DNA of 64,000 nucleotides from Chlamydiales bacterium (GTDB lineage Bacteria; Chlamydiota; Chlamydiia; Chlamydiales; JAAKFR01): NCBI GenBank assembly GCA_020831465.1, contig JAFIGI010000059.1, positions 1,357 to 65,356 of the forward strand, read 5' to 3'. Shown piece by piece: positions 62,010 to 64,000 of this stretch (position 1 is its first letter; each line of letters starts with the position of its first letter). The notes under the pieces were generated by a model. It saw only the letters and a program-made list of their open reading frames with translations, ran no database searches and was not told where the DNA came from. The position numbers and the translations under genes were made by a program.

Positions 62010-64000
62010 TTATGTCGGGTTGAGGCCAAGGTCCGGATCCTTTTTTTGAGGGTCGGCAATTTGAGGGGGTGGCGGTGGAGGCGTCTCGGGCTGACGTTTA
62101 TAAAGATTTTCCTGTTCTTTTAGGCGCTTGACCTTCTTTTCTGCATCCCACTCTCCCTGGAGAATATCGCAAACATCCTGTGAATCGAGTGTTTCGTACT
62201 CAATAAGCATTTTTGTCATCAGTTCGACCTGTTCGCGGTGCTTAAGAATGATCTCAGTCGCCCGGGCATAGGCTTCATCGAGCAACTTGCGCACCTCTTC
62301 GTCAATAGCCCGGGCGGTCTCCTCGGAATAACTCTTTTCGTGGTGGGGAAGGCCGTAACCGCCTGGACCATCGTTACGTTCATCATAGGCGACTTTTCCG
62401 AGAGTATCGCTCATGCCCCACTCGCACACCATGCTGCGTGCTAAGCGGGTCGCCTGGGAAATATCCTGCTGAGCGCCACTCGAAATGTCTCCTAGGAATA
62501 TCTCCTCAGCTACGCGCCCGCCCATCAGAACGGCTAGCTGGTCAAGGAGCTCCTTCCTCCAATAACTAAGTCGATTCTTCTCCGGAAGGAAATGAGTCGC
62601 CCCAAGCGAGAGACCACGTGGGATAATCGTCACTTTTTCGACAGGGTCGGAGTAGTCGACAACCAGTCCGACAACGGCGTGGCCCGATTCGTGGTAGGCT
62701 GTCGTCTTTTTTTCATTCTCGTCGAGCTCAAGACTGCGCCGTTCTTTTCCGTAGAGAACCTTATCTCGTGCCTCGGCGACGTCGGAACCTGTGACTGCTG
62801 TCCGTCCTCTTCTGGCTGCCAGGAGGGCGGCTTCGTTTAGCAGGTTCTCGAGATCAGCTCCGGCAGCCCCCGGGGTCGCCCTAGCAACACTAAGTAGGTC
62901 GACAGAGGGATCGATTTTGATCTTGCGAGCATGCACTTTCAAGATTTCATAACGCCCTTTAATATCGGGAAGCCCTATCATCACGCGTCTGTCAAAACGG
63001 CCGGGCCGCAAGAGAGCTTTATCGAGCACGTCAGGACGGTTGGTAGCCGCCATCAAAATCACACCTTCATTGGTGTCGAAGCCGTCCATCTCTACGAGAA
63101 GCTGGTTCAATGTCTGTTCACGCTCGTCATGGCCACCTCCAATGCCTGCGCCCCGATGGCGCCCTACGGCGTCGATCTCATCGATAAAGATGATGCAGGG
63201 AGCATTTTTCTTTGCCTGGTCAAACATGTCGCGGATCCGGCTGGCACCTACTCCAACAAACATCTCGACAAAGTCGGAACCGGCAATTGAAAAGAAGGGA
63301 CGGTCGGCCTCTCCGGCAACTGCTTTGGCGACAAGTGTTTTACCTGTGCCTGGAGGGCCTATGAGTAAGACCCCTTTAGGAATCCGACCGCCTAGGGCGG
63401 TGAACTTTGAGGGGTTTTTTAGGAAATCAACGATTTCAACCAGCTCTTCTTTTGCTTCATCAATCCCGGCGACATCTTTGAAGGTTACTTTGTTCTGTCC
63501 TTTTTGTAGAAGGCGGGCAGGTGATTTCCCAAAGCTCATGGCTGAACCGCCGACTCCTTTCATCTGTCTGGAGAAGACGAAATAGAGCAATAGGATGACA
63601 AGGGCGATCGGAAGGATCGTTAGAACATAGCTGAAGTAGTTTGGCGCTTGTTCCTCGCTCTTGAATGTTTTTTCAAGGGCCAGGGTTCGGGGTTGGTCAG
63701 GAGCTTTGAAAGGAAGAGCGTGGTTGACTTTGAAGTTGTCCCACTCCTCTTTGGCGTTAGAGAACCAGTGGCTATAGGCTTCTGAATCTTGCCGCTCCAA
63801 AGCACGGCTTGAGAGCTCTTTATTGTTGAAAAACCAAATGACGTTCGCCACCGACTGACGCGCCTTCTCAAGCTGCGCCTCGTTCTGTTCTAAAGTCGTG
63901 TTGATCGAAGCGTATTCCTGCATCTGTTCTTTATATAAACGCACTGAACGGAGCTCGCTTAGGCGAATGTGCTCAACCGGCTGGTTTAATTGATCCACTA
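62010..64000 (-). CDS. ftsH: ATP-dependent zinc metalloprotease FtsH; the N-terminus lies beyond the window end
   Basis: Motifs present are [23 protein letters not shown] (Walker A), IIFIDEIDA (Walker B), the SRH region [20 protein letters not shown] and HESGHAV (zinc site). The reading frame is still open at 64000, so the M at 63998 is not the true start. The C-terminal tail is Pro-rich. Confidence 0.95.
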   Translation of the reverse strand, partial: VDQLNQPVEHIRLSELRSVRLYKEQMQEYASINTTLEQNEAQLEKARQSVANVIWFFNNKELSSRALERQDSEAYSHWFSNAKEEWDNFKVNHALPFKAPDQPRTLALEKTFKSEEQAPNYFSYVLTILPIALVILLLYFVFSRQMKGVGGSAMSFGKSPARLLQKGQNKVTFKDVAGIDEAKEELVEIVDFLKNPSKFTALGGRIPKGVLLIGPPGTGKTLVAKAVAGEADRPFFSIAGSDFVEMFVGVGASRIRDMFDQAKKNAPCIIFIDEIDAVGRHRGAGIGGGHDEREQTLNQLLVEMDGFDTNEGVILMAATNRPDVLDKALLRPGRFDRRVMIGLPDIKGRYEILKVHARKIKIDPSVDLLSVARATPGAAGADLENLLNEAALLAARRGRTAVTGSDVAEARDKVLYGKERRSLELDENEKKTTAYHESGHAVVGLVVDYSDPVEKVTIIPRGLSLGATHFLPEKNRLSYWRKELLDQLAVLMGGRVAEEIFLGDISSGAQQDISQATRLARSMVCEWGMSDTLGKVAYDERNDGPGGYGLPHHEKSYSEETARAIDEEVRKLLDEAYARATEIILKHREQVELMTKMLIEYETLDSQDVCDILQGEWDAEKKVKRLKEQENLYKRQPETPPPPPPQIADPQKKDPDLGLNPT

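Noticed and set aside
63040-63585. 181-aa plus-strand ORF antisense to ftsH. Similar antisense ORFs occur at 62931..63290, 52011..52526 (in astB), 34071..34529 (in sulP) and 13163..13576 (in copB).
   Set aside because: They are shadow ORFs opposite strongly supported genes. None has independent motifs or start signals.

Overview
This 64-kb chromosomal window reads as an environmental (non-Chlamydiaceae) member of the phylum Chlamydiae. The assignment is inference. It rests on a clear CPAF homologue, a CopB/CopD-type type III secretion (T3SS) translocator operon with an LcrH/SycD-class chaperone, and gene order that, as I recall, matches C. trachomatis CT841-845 (ftsH-pnp-rpsO-tadA) and CT858-864 (CPAF-ispH-copD2-copB2-scc3-CT863...xerD). 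Housekeeping genes are dense: pgi, trmB, ispH, fumC, adk, truA, map, tadA, rpsO, pnp and ftsH. Transport genes include tolQ/tolR-like genes, OppA, a TolC-MFP-RND efflux trio, NhaD, SulP, two MarC genes and an ABC permease-binding-protein fusion. There are two tandem tRNA-Leu genes. No rRNA, CRISPR array, transposase or phage genes were seen. Several accessory insertions interrupt the conserved backbone. (1) A visibly AT-richer block at 6.0-10.7 kb lies next to the tRNA-Leu pair. It carries five tandem small signal-peptide proteins with extreme Tyr/Arg/Pro/His-rich tails plus two effector-like genes. (2) A methyltransferase cassette is flanked by a 17-bp inverted repeat. (3) A mosaic at 42.7-45.3 kb contains a ~1.1-kb segmental duplication and gene fragments, all joined at copies of a dispersed repeat (TATAGCAGAATCAGTTGAAAAATT...). 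(4) A translationally coupled arginine succinyltransferase (AST) operon has an M20 peptidase where astE would be. (5) Three tandem paralogous genes that look EspA/SseB-like are inserted between pnp and ftsH and end at the same dispersed repeat. All homology statements come from reading the supplied translations against remembered family motifs and sequences; no database search was run.
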